DNA from: Syncephalis fuscata S228
Lineage: Eukaryota; Fungi; Zoopagomycota
Direction of reading: 5' to 3'
Assembly (NCBI GenBank): GCA_025786725.1
Contig: JAHLTZ010000007.1
Span: forward strand, 124,001-188,000
DNA: 64,000 nucleotides
Shown piece by piece: positions 1 to 12,528 of this stretch (position 1 is its first letter; every line of letters starts with the position of its first letter). The notes below the pieces were generated by a model, which saw nothing but the letters and a program-made list of their open reading frames with translations, ran no database searches and had not been told where the DNA came from. The position numbers and the translations under genes were made by a program.

Positions 1-1286
1 CGTCGCGTCGATCGTGATAACGGTCGGAACGGCGGTCATCTCGGCGGTCATCGCGTCTATTATCGCGTCGGTCGGAACGACGGTCATTGTAGCGGTCGGA
101 ACGGCGGTCATCACGGTAGCTGCGACGTGGTGAGCGGGAACGGGAACGGGAACGAGAACGAGTGCGAGAACGAGAACGGTCACGGGAGCGGGAGCGGTCG
201 CGTCTATTTAATATGTATAATAGTTTAACATTATGATAAGTGTTATGAATAAAAGTTTGACACACCCGCGTATTAGCTATATAGCTAGTATCATTATATA
301 ATAGCATAATAATATACTATGCTATTTGCATCGATATTAAACAAAGTCAAATATCGCCACCATAAACATAAGCAGAACATGTATACTTTCTATGTGCAAC
401 AGCTCCCAAACTGGCAAGCGGATTTCAAGGCAAAAATAGCAGCAAGAGCAGGAGCAGCATAATCAGCAGCATAATCAGCAACGTGGTAGCGGCAATAAGA
501 TCAGTAGCAGTAGCATAGATTTAACGGCAACGTCAGATTCAGAGCATCCAGCAACAATTATCTGGTATTGATTCATTGTCATATGCAATATTGCTTAACA
601 ATTATATATTATTGTATCAATACATATTATTCTACTACAATTGCCACAACTAGCACGCCAAATCATACATATAAATAAATATATGCATCATCTATCCAAT
701 AATAAAAATAATACACCATACTGAATTACTTACCGAGAGCCGCCACCACGACGAGAGCTTCCGCCGCTTTGTGAGCAATCACGAGCCCAATGGCCTAAAT
801 AGATTGTTTTAATTTTACTGTTTATTGTTTATTGTTTATTGCTTATATCCATTACTTACCTTCACCGCCACAACGGAAGCAGGTATTATCGTCACGATCG
901 CGTACACGACCATGTGATTTCTCAACGGCAATGCGCGAGCCATTCAGACGCATACCGTCGGTGGCCCGGATGGCATTCTCGGCGTCATTGTCATTGTCAA
1001 ATTCTACAAAGCCATAGCCTATTGCCAACAAGTTAATAAAAAGCACAAAAACACATGCTGTGCTATTTTACTTACAATGATTAAGACCGTGCTAATAGTA
1101 CAAGTGATATATGACAGATAATCGAATGTTTCAGTTAATGTGCTGTTTAGAATAGATCGATTATTACCGATCCAACGCAATACACACCTTTACATCGCAG
1201 CGGACCAATTGGCCGTATTTATGAAATACATCTTTCAGCTCACTAGAGCTTAGATCTTTAGGAAGACGGCCAACAAAAAGTTGCAT
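1..1286 (-). CDS. SR-family splicing factor (RRM + CCHC zinc knuckle + RS/RD domain), SRSF7/9G8-like; 3' end runs off the window
   Basis: Exons 1286-1188, 1091-1076 (16-nt microexon), 1018-860, 794-734, 203-<1, all GT-AG. Translation gives MQLFVGRLP (RNP2), YGFVEFD (RNP1), CFRCGGEGHWARDC and RSRSRSRSPRR followed by RDDRR repeats. Confidence 0.9.
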
Positions 1287-1895
1287 ATCAGATGAGTGTT
1301 GTTGTTGAAGGGAATAAGTAATCAGATAGCACGGAGAAAGAAAAATCAGCAAAACAGCATGGAGTTATTAAACTGTTGTTCTTTCGTTAAATATGATTCG
1401 CTAGTGTTACTAACATTCACCAAAGTTATCTAATTAACTAAAATTAAAATAACAATAGGCTTTTTATTTAAAAAAAAACGTAGATATTTATAATAATAAT
1501 TCCACATAAAGTTATCTGTATTATTAGCCAAAGTTAATTGATAGCATGATAGTGCAAGGCTATATAGCGTTTTCAAAGTTCGAATGTACACAAAATTATA
1601 GATCATGTGTACACGTTCTTAATTGTCGCAATGCCAAAGCTATGTTGATTGCATCGTATACAACTATACAATTAGCTTTAATTTTATAGTAGAATCCAAA
1701 GTATACGATTGATTACACACAATTGATAATAATGTTATGGTATTGAAAGTTGCCATATATAAATTATCATATTTATGTTACATAGAAAACACTACGATGG
1801 CTAGCAGTGCGATGTATTTATTTGGCTAAAATAAATTGGCACAATATTGTTTAAATGTAGCGCCACAGCACAACTGTAATAATATTAAAATATTA

Positions 1896-2444
1896 CTAAT
1901 GAAATGATTTTTTTACTTCATCAGGGACTTTGTCGTCAATTACTACATAAAATGCACCATCATAATAATATTCCGACGTAGTAGTTGGGCCCTTGTAGTT
2001 CATAGCAAGTTTGTTTTTGATTTTGCTTTCGTAGTAATCACCAGGTCCAACAACCATTTCGTAAACAAGGTCGTTATTATCCCATTGATAAGTCACCTTG
2101 GGATCACTTATAGCTTGCCGACGAACTAGTCGTCTATATTGAGCGTTATTTATTTCTTTTTTCTGGCCCTCTTCATCAGAGTATTTAATGGATTGGTAAG
2201 GATCAGCAGAAACGCCACCTACTTCGCTACTGTAAGGATCAGCAGAAACGCCACCTACTTCGTTACTGTAAGGATTGGCAGAAACGTCGCCATAATAACT
2301 CGATGGGTAAGCACCATGATTGCTGATTCAGTGCCGCCATAGGTGTTATCGACGTCTTGTATATTGGCGCTGGTCGGGCAGTCACTGCGACCAGTCCGAT
2401 GCCAGTAGGACGACGGTATAAACGGCTGTCTTGGTGAAGTGCAT
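1896..2444 (-). CDS. Secreted prepro-protein, paralog of 17594-18130; three 1-nt deletions relative to the paralog (assembly errors or a recent pseudogene)
   Basis: Near-identical reverse complement of 17594-17893 up to RRLVRRQA, then a diverged C-terminal domain (ISDPKVTYQWDNNDLVYEMVVGP...DKVPDEVKKSFH*). Carries three 36-bp repeat units at ~2196-2291. Confidence 0.75.
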
Positions 2445-3490
2445 GTTGAAATGAATTTTGATATACTTTATAATACAAATATGCAACAAGTTTAAAAATG
2501 TTTAATGCTAAAATGCTAGTTATGTTGCTAAAGATGTTCGATACAGAATGCGAAAGATGCTTGGATGTTATAAAGAGAGCAAAACTAACGAGATATTTGG
2601 CATTTAATTTATACCTGTGCCGTAGCCTAAATTCAAATTGTAAACTAAAAATCAGCTTCTGCGAACATAGCCTTCAGTTTGTGTGACATAAAAACAATGC
2701 AATAAATTCATCAGTTATGTTACAATTACTTCTTAATTAGTCAATTTGGTTACACTGATATAAAGCTTAGTATTGGATAGCCAATTTCTTTGTTGTCTAT
2801 TTATAAATTTTACCTTGATAAAACTAAAACCAAATAAACTAACTGCTCATATCATTACTGATTTTTGCATCATTACAGCTGTTTTATAAAAGTGTATAAA
2901 TCTCGTATTGATCTACCTATTGAATCATGGCACTGATGGCTTCACTGGACGTCTCATTTTCATAACAGACATGCGCATCTCCATTACTAAAACATATCTA
3001 TACTACCATGACTGTAAGGCCTTTGTGGTTGTTGTATAACGATTGCAACAAAGTCCATCGGCTAGCACTATAAACAAACACCGAGGAAAGAAGACAATGA
3101 AGATTGTGATGATGCAACTGTGGATAATAAATGTGATTGTCTGCTAAGACAGACTTTAAAGCAGTCTTTATTACGAGACATCATGGTTGATATTCACACT
3201 TGATTTTTTTTGTCATTTAATAGTCTATTTGCGTATTCTCGACTTGCACTAGTTGCATGCTGACTGTTTTAAAGAGAAACAGCGCGCAAAGCATAAACGA
3301 GTTGGCGAGACACGGTTTAAACAAAGCAAAGGCGTGTTGCTCTTTATTTATCATCCAATAAATATGAGTTTTTTATACTGATTGTCATTGCTTAACAGCT
3401 CAATTGACAGTTTTTAAAGCAAGTGCTGCTCATTGTAGTTACTCGATGTTACCAATGATCTATGTGTTGATGAACAGCAAAACTGGCCTG
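2112..3490. repeat. ~1.38-kb inverted duplication (promoter + signal + pro-region), partner 16552-17893
   Basis: Direct reverse-complement match by eye; the identical ORF-track peptide MFNAKMLVMLLK... appears at 2498+ and within 17351-. Confidence 0.95.
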
Positions 3491-4059
3491 GTAGATCAAA
3501 ATAGCAAACTATTTAAAAAACATGTAGACTTTTTAAAAAATGGTTTATTAGATTTGCACTTTGCATTTCAAACTCTGTATTTAATTAGGAAATGTGTTTT
3601 AAATTATTTCATTATTTATGAAAAGTTAAGATTATTAGTATAATATTCACGCTATTTAAATTCATCTATAATCAGTAAATGATTTTAAATCTAATGTTAA
3701 CATTGCGCCAAGAATTTAACGTCTTTTCTAGTATATTTATGTACCGATATCATTATAATACTAGCAAATTGAATATAAAAGATTTAAGTCATCATACTCA
3801 TGTTATAAGAAAACATCATGTTAAGCAGTAATGCAAAAACATTTTAAATGTCACCAATATTTTTAGTCTCACTGCACTTAATAACATTAATAACTGCTTT
3901 GTCTTTGGCTATTTTCAGTCTATTCACAAATGTTTTACACACTTCCGTTATTTTGCCCGAAACTTTTTAACTGGCCGAAGAAATAGCGGTAGGGAATTTT
4001 ATAACTTCCAAGTACATGTTATTGACGACATTATATGATTTTATGGACATAGAATTTAA

Positions 4060-4750
4060 AACAAGTCTGAAATCTTTTATGCTAAAATGCAAGTCCGATT
4101 GTCAAAAATACTTAATACCTAATACAAAAGGCGTCTAAAAATGTGAAAAAACCAAAACTAAAAAAGTATTTAGTATTTAATTAATACCTGCGCGAATAGA
4201 AATAGATGCCAATTGTAAACTAAAATACAACTTTTGCTAATATAGCTTTTATCTTATTTAGTAAACGATAGCGAATAGCTAGATTTTTTTCGCAAGCTAT
4301 CGACTAATTAGGCGGAGTTAGTTACACTGGCTCATGGATTTGCCATGATCTACCCCACATTAATACTAATGATTAACAAAATCGCATTTTATGTTTACAA
4401 ACATAAAATCGGTATGACATTATTGCAATTTAGGATAAAAGTTTATTTTACGAAAACGTGTAAATTTCACATCGATTTGCCTGCTGAAACGCAGCATCCA
4501 TGGTTTCACTAAACGTATCATTCTCATAACCAATTGACACTTTGCCAGACTAAAAGTAAAGTCATATCACTATAATAATAGAAGTCTTTGTAGTTGCACA
4601 TAATATCCTTTACAATAGCTTTGTTAATTCGTGTCATAACAAATGTCGATGAATGGACGGCTATGACGATTACAATGATGCAATTATACTTTATAAACAC
4701 GGATCATAGACCTGATAAGACATACTGTGGAGCAGTCCTTATCACGGAAT
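4060..4750. repeat. Older, diverged tandem copy of the upstream region at ~2500-3190
   Basis: Colinear shared blocks, e.g. aattgtaaactaaaa...cttttgc.aa.atagc, atgg.ttcact..acgt.tcatt.tcataac and gatgatgcaa. Confidence 0.6.
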
Positions 4751-5307
4751 GATCATGTCAAAGTATTACCCGTACTCATTCGCGCCCACTCCATCCTCAC
4801 AAACCGGTCATCACACGTTGTGTATTTCCCAATCTGTATATCTCTTTTATTTTTATGACAATAACAACAACAGCTACCATTCTTATTATTCCTACTGTTA
4901 CTGTTACAACTGCTACTACTACTTTTTGATATTACCTTTAACATCTTTACTGAGTGACATTGCACTGGCTGCCATATTTGTACTGCTGCGAACAACTGAC
5001 CTGGTTTAGTACGTTTGCGAGTTTGGCTAACCAACTAGCAGTACGGCCTTTGGAGTACAGCTACTAACCAATTTATAAGCTTGCTTTGTCTTTTGGGAAT
5101 CTATTGTTTACTGTGGCATCAAGGCAATCAAGCTTTACTAAAGAGGTAGGCGTGATTTACATATGCATTTTTGTGTAATGCTTGTAGACTGAAGATGATG
5201 TTTACAGTTTGATCTGGAAATGCACTTTAAGATCGTATTAACTCTGGTTAAATTATAGCTGTTGAGTCTTCTGTGCAGCTACAGGATAGTTTCAGTTTAT
5301 TTTTATC

Positions 5308-6842
5308 ATGGAGCACGCAACAAAACAGCTATTAGGCAACGACTTGCGCAATTATGTGCGTCGTATTAACCTACGTTTATCTACACTGAATATGGGTGTC
5401 GTTCGTGGACATCCACCACGACGCAACGCTCCTTTAGTATCTAGCCAATTCTTTACTAGCTATTCCTCTATTAATAATACTGCTGCATATACTTCTTTAT
5501 CTACACGGGTTCCAAAAAATATATTTGCTCAACGGGCACCGACCATTATTTTCGGTGATATTTCCGGTGATATCGAAGACAGTACCACATTCAATAGTAG
5601 CCAGCAACGCAATGGTTCGTTTAGATCACTGACCAGGCCAGCCTGTCGTCACTTTAGCACATCTAGCAAATCAGTTGCACAATCAGCGATCCTGACAGGT
5701 TCACCAGATGCTTCAACGTGGATGTCGGCCTCGTCAGTGTCGGCCAACGATTCGGCCGCAATGCCGGCTCCATTCAAGACAAACGTTCGTGTAGGTCGAC
5801 CAGCTGAGCGTGGCATATTTGATTTTTTCAAGCAGGCCGATTTTAGTCGAACTCGTGCCTCGTTTCGATTTGATCATGCAGTAGCTGGATTTGCAAAGCA
5901 TCCAAATCGTCCAGTTGCCCCTGATACAGAGATCTTTCTTAGTGAGCGTTTTGGAGAAGATGCATGCTTTCGACGGCATGATTCGCTCGGTGTAGCCGAT
6001 GGTGTGGGTGGCATTACACAACTACAAGGTGGGTCTTTTTAATAGTACTTGTAATTATGATATACAAACTAATAATTATAATAAATAGGCGGCGATTCTT
6101 CAATTATATCGCGTAAAATTATGCACTATTCATCGATGGAGTTAGAACGCTATGATAACATTGAAGATGAAGAATTTGCATCATACTACGATGTTGATCC
6201 AGTCACCATTCTTGAACGTGGCTATGATCGCGCCGTTAAAGATATGAGCCAGCAGGTAAGATTGCGCTATTAATAAACATGATAAAGAATAATAACTAAA
6301 TATATACATTTGTTTACTAGGGGATTGAAGGGGCAACCACAGCGTGTTTAGCTGTTTTACGCGATGATGAATTACGTATTGCAAATCTAGGTGATAGTGG
6401 TGTTTTAGTTTTACGTCAAGGCGACTTTGTCTTTCGTACAGAGGCCCAACAGCGTAGCTTTAACGTGCCTTACCAGCTCGGTTATCCGACACGTGACAAG
6501 CCCACTGATGCACAGCATTTTACGGTTAAACTTGAACGCGGCGATATTGTTATTCTTGCTACGGATGGCATGTTCGACAATTTATTTGATGAGGACATTA
6601 TCGATGAAGTAACCAAGTGTATACGGGCAAATACACGCGGGGCGGCCAATCCAGTCGATATATCGCATGCACTGGCTAGTCGAGCCCGTGACGTAAGCGA
6701 AGACAGTCGATATGCCACTAGCCCATTCCAGTCACGGGCTGTTGCCGAAGGTTTTTACTACCAAGGGGGCGGTAAACTTGATGACATTACAGTTATAGTA
6801 GCGGTTGTGTCGGATCTAGAGGACACACCGGATCGCCGCTAA
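5308..6842 (+). CDS. PTC7: PP2C-family protein phosphatase PTC7 homolog (probably mitochondrial)
   Basis: Exons 5308-6028, 6089-6255, 6321-6842. Motifs GEDACF, LGVADGVGG, TTAC, IANLGDSG, FNVPYQLG, LATDGMFDNLF, GGKLDDITV. Confidence 0.92.
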
Positions 6843-7494
6843 ACTGTATCATGATACTTGTTTATGTGTATTAGTTTTTAGTTGTACGAGTCTATTGATT
6901 GGTTAATATGGAGCATGGGTGAGATGACGTGCTATTTAGTTTAGTTTCAATGTATTAGTAAAATAACCATTGCAGCGTTTATTTTAAGTTAATTAATATA
7001 ATTAAAGTATAAGAACCATTGTACTTTGAGCCCTTTGCTTTAAACTGAATGATAAAAAGATTCAGGATTTGAATAGTAAGCCGTCGCTCAGTTTTTACTA
7101 CTGAGAATTGTTATTTGTTGAAGCAGTGTCACATCAACTCTGATTGAATTAACGGGAGATGAACCAGTCCACATTATTTTCAATATACAATATGTGTTAG
7201 TAAATGTTAAATAATATTATGTGTTACAATAAAATATAATAAATAAATGTTGGCCTATACTATTGTTGCTGTAAAGTATTCAAAGCATTATAATTTAATT
7301 ATTTAATATCTCACTACTCAGTTCCATGTCTAGTAGAACAACAAATGTGTAGTTCAATCAAGTAAAGGGTGTCAATTTAGTTTTTTAACACTGGGTCACA
7401 TGAGTCTACTAACAAATTATTTACTATTAGTGAGCTATTTTACTTTGACTCCCGCGTTTTTATTTACTCATTTCACCGCCTTTTTGAACACAAT

Positions 7495-7923
7495 TAAACA
7501 CCCATTTATCACTATAACATGTATAATATTGCATTCAACATTAATTAATTCATGTGTAATTATCGATACAATAATGTAATTAATTAGTTATTTTTATTAT
7601 TATGTTACGCTTCTAGTTTTAGAAATTGCAGCTTAAATGACCAAGCAACACCTTATCCTGGCGCTATCCTATAGCGTTAATTTCTGATGCTTATCAACGC
7701 TTACCTTAACGCTCAGAATACAATGTGTTGTTTGGTTGTATTGCTTTTATAATAAATTATTCTTATTGGTCATTAATTACCACAGTTTAACTATAATAAA
7801 CTGAATAACTTGTACGACACTTAGTAAAAATAATATTGGACTAGAAACTTGATTATTCCTTTATTGATATTGAATAAAGCTATCATTATATAGTAAACAT
7901 AACTAATAATAGAACTGGAATGC
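7495..7923. repeat. ~430-bp dispersed repeat, inverted copy of 22441-22870
   Basis: Reverse-complement match, e.g. ccttatcctggcgctatcctatagcgttaa versus ttaacgctataggatagcgccaggataagg. Confidence 0.9.
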
Positions 7924-9184
7924 CTTGTGTATTTCTCATTAGCGCAGCATATTAGTTCAAATGGCTGCTCATATGCTCACAACTAACAAGTAGCTACTCG
8001 TCATATTGTCGTAATAAACGTTTGTTACTAGTAATCGGTACTAATATTCGATAGGTATATTATTTTCGTGATCAATCACATGGTATATTCTTGGTCACAC
8101 TTCACAAGACCCTGTCTGGAATATCAGAACAGTAACAACATCAATCATTAAATACTCATCATTGTAGGTCTATTGTCCAGTATGCATATATCATCACAGT
8201 ATGTGTTATTACTATTTATACCCGTCATTTTGCTTGATCAACATTAAAATCATAACTAATTGACATGGTCTAATTTATTTATAAATAATTTTAATAAAAC
8301 ATAACTCCGTTCATATTCATATTATTTGTTCTATCAATACAACTCAGTGGATAAACTAAGCGCAATAAGTCAATTTTTATTAATAAAACAGTTGGAGCCA
8401 TACCGACAACGGCTATAGACAGCGTATGGCCAATATATAATAAAATGATAAACGTTATAATGAATATGCAATATTGAACGAGATTAGCAATGTTCAAGTT
8501 ATTGAGCATATATGCATGATCAATGAGCGGAATTAGTCGACATTTACTAATAATAAAAATAGAACAAAAATAAAAGTAGACCTCGATACAGAAAGACCAT
8601 GAGAGTATAGAATGATACATAAAATGATAAATGTATTTTGAGAAAGCATAAAAAGCGATATTAAAGTTATATTGCATATAATGTAATAAGTTTAATGAGT
8701 GAAGTGTAAAGGAACATGTAAACAATAGAATATGTCTAGTATATCATACAATGATATAAAATAGTGTGGAATATAATTGGAATAATATATGTGAATAGAG
8801 TATATATGCCTATTAGATAACAAATCTACAATAAAGAGTATTTTAGACCCTAATGTGACTTCTAGTTTCATGTTTAATAGAAAGAAAGTTTAATTTAAAA
8901 GTATAAATGTTATTAAATGTAGTCATTTGACCATCAAGTCACATTAAAGCATTAATAAATTGCTTAATGTACAAAATTATCTTTATTTAATTAGTAAATG
9001 AGATGATGTATACAATATGATAATATAAATCATAAATCAATAGTATTATGCATGTAAAAACTATGAGCAAATTGAAATACAGATGAGGAAACCGTTTAAA
9101 TGGTAGAATAAAAGAAAAAAGAAAAATCAATAGCATAAAAGCAAATATGTTTATACAATATGTCAACAGTAAGGCAATGAATGT

Positions 9185-9849
9185 TGTTACTAATTTACCT
9201 GTATAACTATGGTGTAAATTGCGCTATTTACTAAATGTGGTAAATAACTTAATTAGCAATAATTACATCACGTGATTGTTCCCATTTCTGGTAATCGTCA
9301 GGGTCCTTACAAAGATAGTCGTGCTTTCAGCCAAGATACGACGATCATACTATTATAATTGCTTCTAATTCGTAGCAGGAAACACAGCGCCTATAAATAT
9401 TTGCGATCCACGGCCCCATATTACTTATTAAAGTAACACTGGCCCCATATCGCTTGAAGAAGAAATTGAACAGACAAGCCGTTCAAGTTCTTCCTTCGCA
9501 GTATTCAAGACCATTTACTATAAAATGGCAACTATGTTTCTTAATCTTAATAAACATTATCTTATCTTGGTTTTAAATTCTTTTTATTTTATTTGAATTC
9601 TGAACCTTTTGATCATTTCAGTCTTGCAGTGATTGCTAGACTGAACTGATCCTTTTATCTAAAGCTAACAATATTCTAGTCATTTATTCTACTTCTGTAG
9701 AAATTATTAATTAAAGGTTGATAATCTTTATTAATAAAAACAATTAAGTAAGTCTTATATAACACTAATTACTAACATTATAGGTCACTCAAGACCAAGC
9801 ATAATATTAGTAATCCGTTTATTATTCTACTCTTAGTGGAATAGTAACA
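9185..9849 (+). repeat. 5' LTR
   Basis: Direct repeat of 11255-11919 with TG...CA termini; TATAAATA at ~9392. Confidence 0.95.
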
Positions 9850-9851
9850 TT

Positions 9852-9869
9852 TGGCGAGCACACCAGGAC
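9852..9869 (+). promoter_or_regulatory. Primer binding site, resembling the complement of a tRNA-Arg 3' end
   Basis: TGGCGAGCACACCAGGAC begins 2 nt after the LTR end. The tRNA identity is inferred from similarity to eukaryotic tRNA-Arg(ACG) ends. Confidence 0.7.
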
Positions 9870-9931
9870 CTGGTAAAACAGGTCCACCGGCCCCGAAAGA
9901 TCTCCTGTGCAAATAAATAAAGCATTATGCT

Positions 9932-11263
9932 ATGGACGGCCCGGAAAACTCAAGAGTAAGAAGAACTCCATTATGGACAACAGGCTACACCACAGATACA
10001 AGATACAAGTACAATGATTATTATCTGCCCCATAAAACAATGGACTACCACGCAAAAATTGATGATAGCATTCCGTTATTCAACAGTTTAATTAAAGACG
10101 AAGATCCAATTCTGTGGCTGGAACTATTTGAGCAAGGTGCTAGACGGAATGGATGGCTAGAGTACGAAAAACTAGCGAAAGTATCATTGTATCTGGAAGG
10201 ACGTGCAGCGCTGTGGTTTTACGATGTAGAAGATTGGATCCAAACATGGAGAGAAAGCGATGATTTTGGTCATTATTCAACCAATTCATTCTATGGAAAA
10301 TTCTACGCAAAGTTTATTACTCCAAGTATAGAACGTCTTTGGCTAGAACAATTTCGATATTGCACATTTGTAAAGAATGATAGTGTTACAACATTTGCTA
10401 AACGGTTAAGCGAAATACACAAACGTTGTACGCTATATCTAAATGTTAGTGACGCTGAACTGATCGATCAATTTAAGCAAAATTTATCTGTTGTAATACG
10501 GGAAAAATTGTTAAGACATTTAGATTTTATGGAACGCGAATATCAAATTCGACAATACAGCTTTGATACAATCGTTAAAATCACTCAAAGAGTGGAGTTA
10601 AACCACATTAATGAATATGGTAGCCTACCATATGACTATTCATGTGAACAAATTGATCACGAGCCGTATCATTGCCATTACGCAAAATCAATTTATATGC
10701 GAGAATGGATATATACGTCTGTTCACCAAATTCGTCACAAAGTACAACCAAAGTCAACAGCGTGTCAGCCGACAGTACATATTGTCAACAAATGTCCGCC
10801 GAATCAAACTGCCTCAGACAAAGTAATTGATACTAAGCAACAAGAAGATATAGTTGAATATGAAGGCACTAATAATATCAATTCAAGTACTACGTCATAT
10901 GATTTGCAAGTTGATTCAACAATTGTCGATAAAATACAACAAAGGTTAATATCATGCAACAACTACATCGAGCTAGTAAACAACAATGTAGACAAGTTCG
11001 ATGAGATAAAATTGAATGCTACTAAATTGGTTCGGCTTAAACGCAATGCCGAGAATATAAATATAAATTATATATTGCATTCGAATAACTTGCCATTATT
11101 GTCAGCTTTCGACAACTACAATTATGGCATCTTTATGTTGGATAACAGAGGTAAAGGAAGCGCTAAACCATACGAAGAATTATCTTTGTCCAACTTAAAA
11201 CATTCTTTGTGTTATGGACAATGCGAGGACGCATTTTCGTGTGGTGCAGGGGAATGTTACTAA
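9932..11263 (+). CDS. Retrotransposon Gag (capsid) protein, 443 aa
   Basis: Intronless ORF with WLELFEQGARRNGW..EKLAKVSLYLEGRAALWF and DSVTTFAKRL, typical of Ty3/gypsy retrotrans_gag capsids; stop codon lies inside the 3' LTR. Confidence 0.88.
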   Translation: MDGPENSRVRRTPLWTTGYTTDTRYKYNDYYLPHKTMDYHAKIDDSIPLFNSLIKDEDPILWLELFEQGARRNGWLEYEKLAKVSLYLEGRAALWFYDVEDWIQTWRESDDFGHYSTNSFYGKFYAKFITPSIERLWLEQFRYCTFVKNDSVTTFAKRLSEIHKRCTLYLNVSDAELIDQFKQNLSVVIREKLLRHLDFMEREYQIRQYSFDTIVKITQRVELNHINEYGSLPYDYSCEQIDHEPYHCHYAKSIYMREWIYTSVHQIRHKVQPKSTACQPTVHIVNKCPPNQTASDKVIDTKQQEDIVEYEGTNNINSSTTSYDLQVDSTIVDKIQQRLISCNNYIELVNNNVDKFDEIKLNATKLVRLKRNAENININYILHSNNLPLLSAFDNYNYGIFMLDNRGKGSAKPYEELSLSNLKHSLCYGQCEDAFSCGAGECY

Positions 11264-11919
11264 TTTACCTGTATAACTATGGTGTAAATTGCGCTATTTA
11301 CTAAATGTGGTAAATAACTTAATTAGCAATAATTACATCACGTGATTGTTCCCATTTCTGGTAATCGTCAGGGTCCTTACAAAGATAGTCGTGCTTTCAG
11401 CCAAGATACGACGATCATACTATTATAATTGCTTCTAATTCGTAGCAGGAAACACAGCGCCTATAAATATTTGCGATCCACGGCCCCATATTACTTATTA
11501 AAGTAACACTGGCCCCATATCGCTTGAAGAAGAAATTGAACAGACAAGCCGTTCAAGTTCTTCCTTCGCAGTATTCAAGACCATTTACTATAAAATGGCA
11601 ACTATGTTTCTTAATCTTAATAAACATTATCTTATCTTGGTTTTAAATTCTTTTTATTTTATTTGAATTCTGAACCTTTTGATCATTTCAGTCTTGCAGT
11701 GATTGCTAGACTGAACTGATCCTTTTATCTAAAGCTAACAATATTCTAGTCATTTATTCTACTTCTGTAGAAATTATTAATTAAAGGTTGATAATCTTTA
11801 TTAATAAAAACAATTAAGTAAGTCTTATATAACACTAATTACTAACATTATAGGTCACTCAAGACCAAGCATAATATTAGTAATCCGTTTATTATTCTAC
11901 TCTTAGTGGAATAGTAACA
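11255..11919 (+). repeat. 3' LTR
   Basis: Direct repeat of 9185-9849. Confidence 0.95.
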
Positions 11920-12528
11920 ATGTAATAAGAATAACAAATAATAAACAGTAAAGACAAATATGTTCATAGAACAATGTCATTAGTAAAATAAGAAGAATGG
12001 ATATCAATGCATAAACAAGTGTCATTATTATAAACATGATATTGTAATTGACGGTTAAATTGTTAAGCATTGGATTCAACTATATAAGCAACAGTATTTA
12101 TTGAATGTTAAATAAAATATTTATAAACATACCTATTCTAAACTACGTCTTGTATATATGCTTAAATTTTGATCCATCAAGAAAGAAAAAAAGAGTTAAC
12201 AAAAAAGATTAGTACAAATGGTTGGTTATACCAACACACCACCTGAGTAAAATAAATGTTTAATATTGCAGCTACTGATACAATGTTATGCTATATTTAA
12301 TTACACTCTATGGAAACGATAATGAGCAATAATATTGCTTTAATATTTATTATGAATGGTGATTTAAACACAAATCAATTAATCAAATCATTAAGACTGA
12401 TTGCGTAAAAAGATTTATTGCGCTGGAGTGGGTGGGAGTGCAAAGTAAAATTCAATTAAGCATTAAACTAATTTTAATCATTGCAATTTATTAAGTGACT
12501 TATATTCGTTATAGTTTATTGATCTGCA

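Larger units (their letters stand above)
9185..11919 (+). mobile_element. Non-autonomous gag-only LTR retrotransposon (TR-GAG-like, Ty3/gypsy-type)
   Basis: Two 665-bp LTRs (9185-9849, 11255-11919; TGTTAC...GTAACA) with no difference seen; 4-bp TSD ATGT (9181-9184, 11920-11923); PBS TGGCGAGCACACCAGGAC at 9852; purine-rich tract just before the 3' LTR; no pol. Confidence 0.95.

Noticed and set aside
2498-2686. ORF MFNAKMLVMLLK... repeated within 17351-17599
   Set aside because: It lies antisense in the duplicated promoter of the secreted genes and shows no independent coding signal.
8291-8725. 144-aa hydrophobic ORF
   Set aside because: Composition (F, I, Y, L, N) is what AT-rich non-coding DNA gives; non-ATG start; no recognisable motif.
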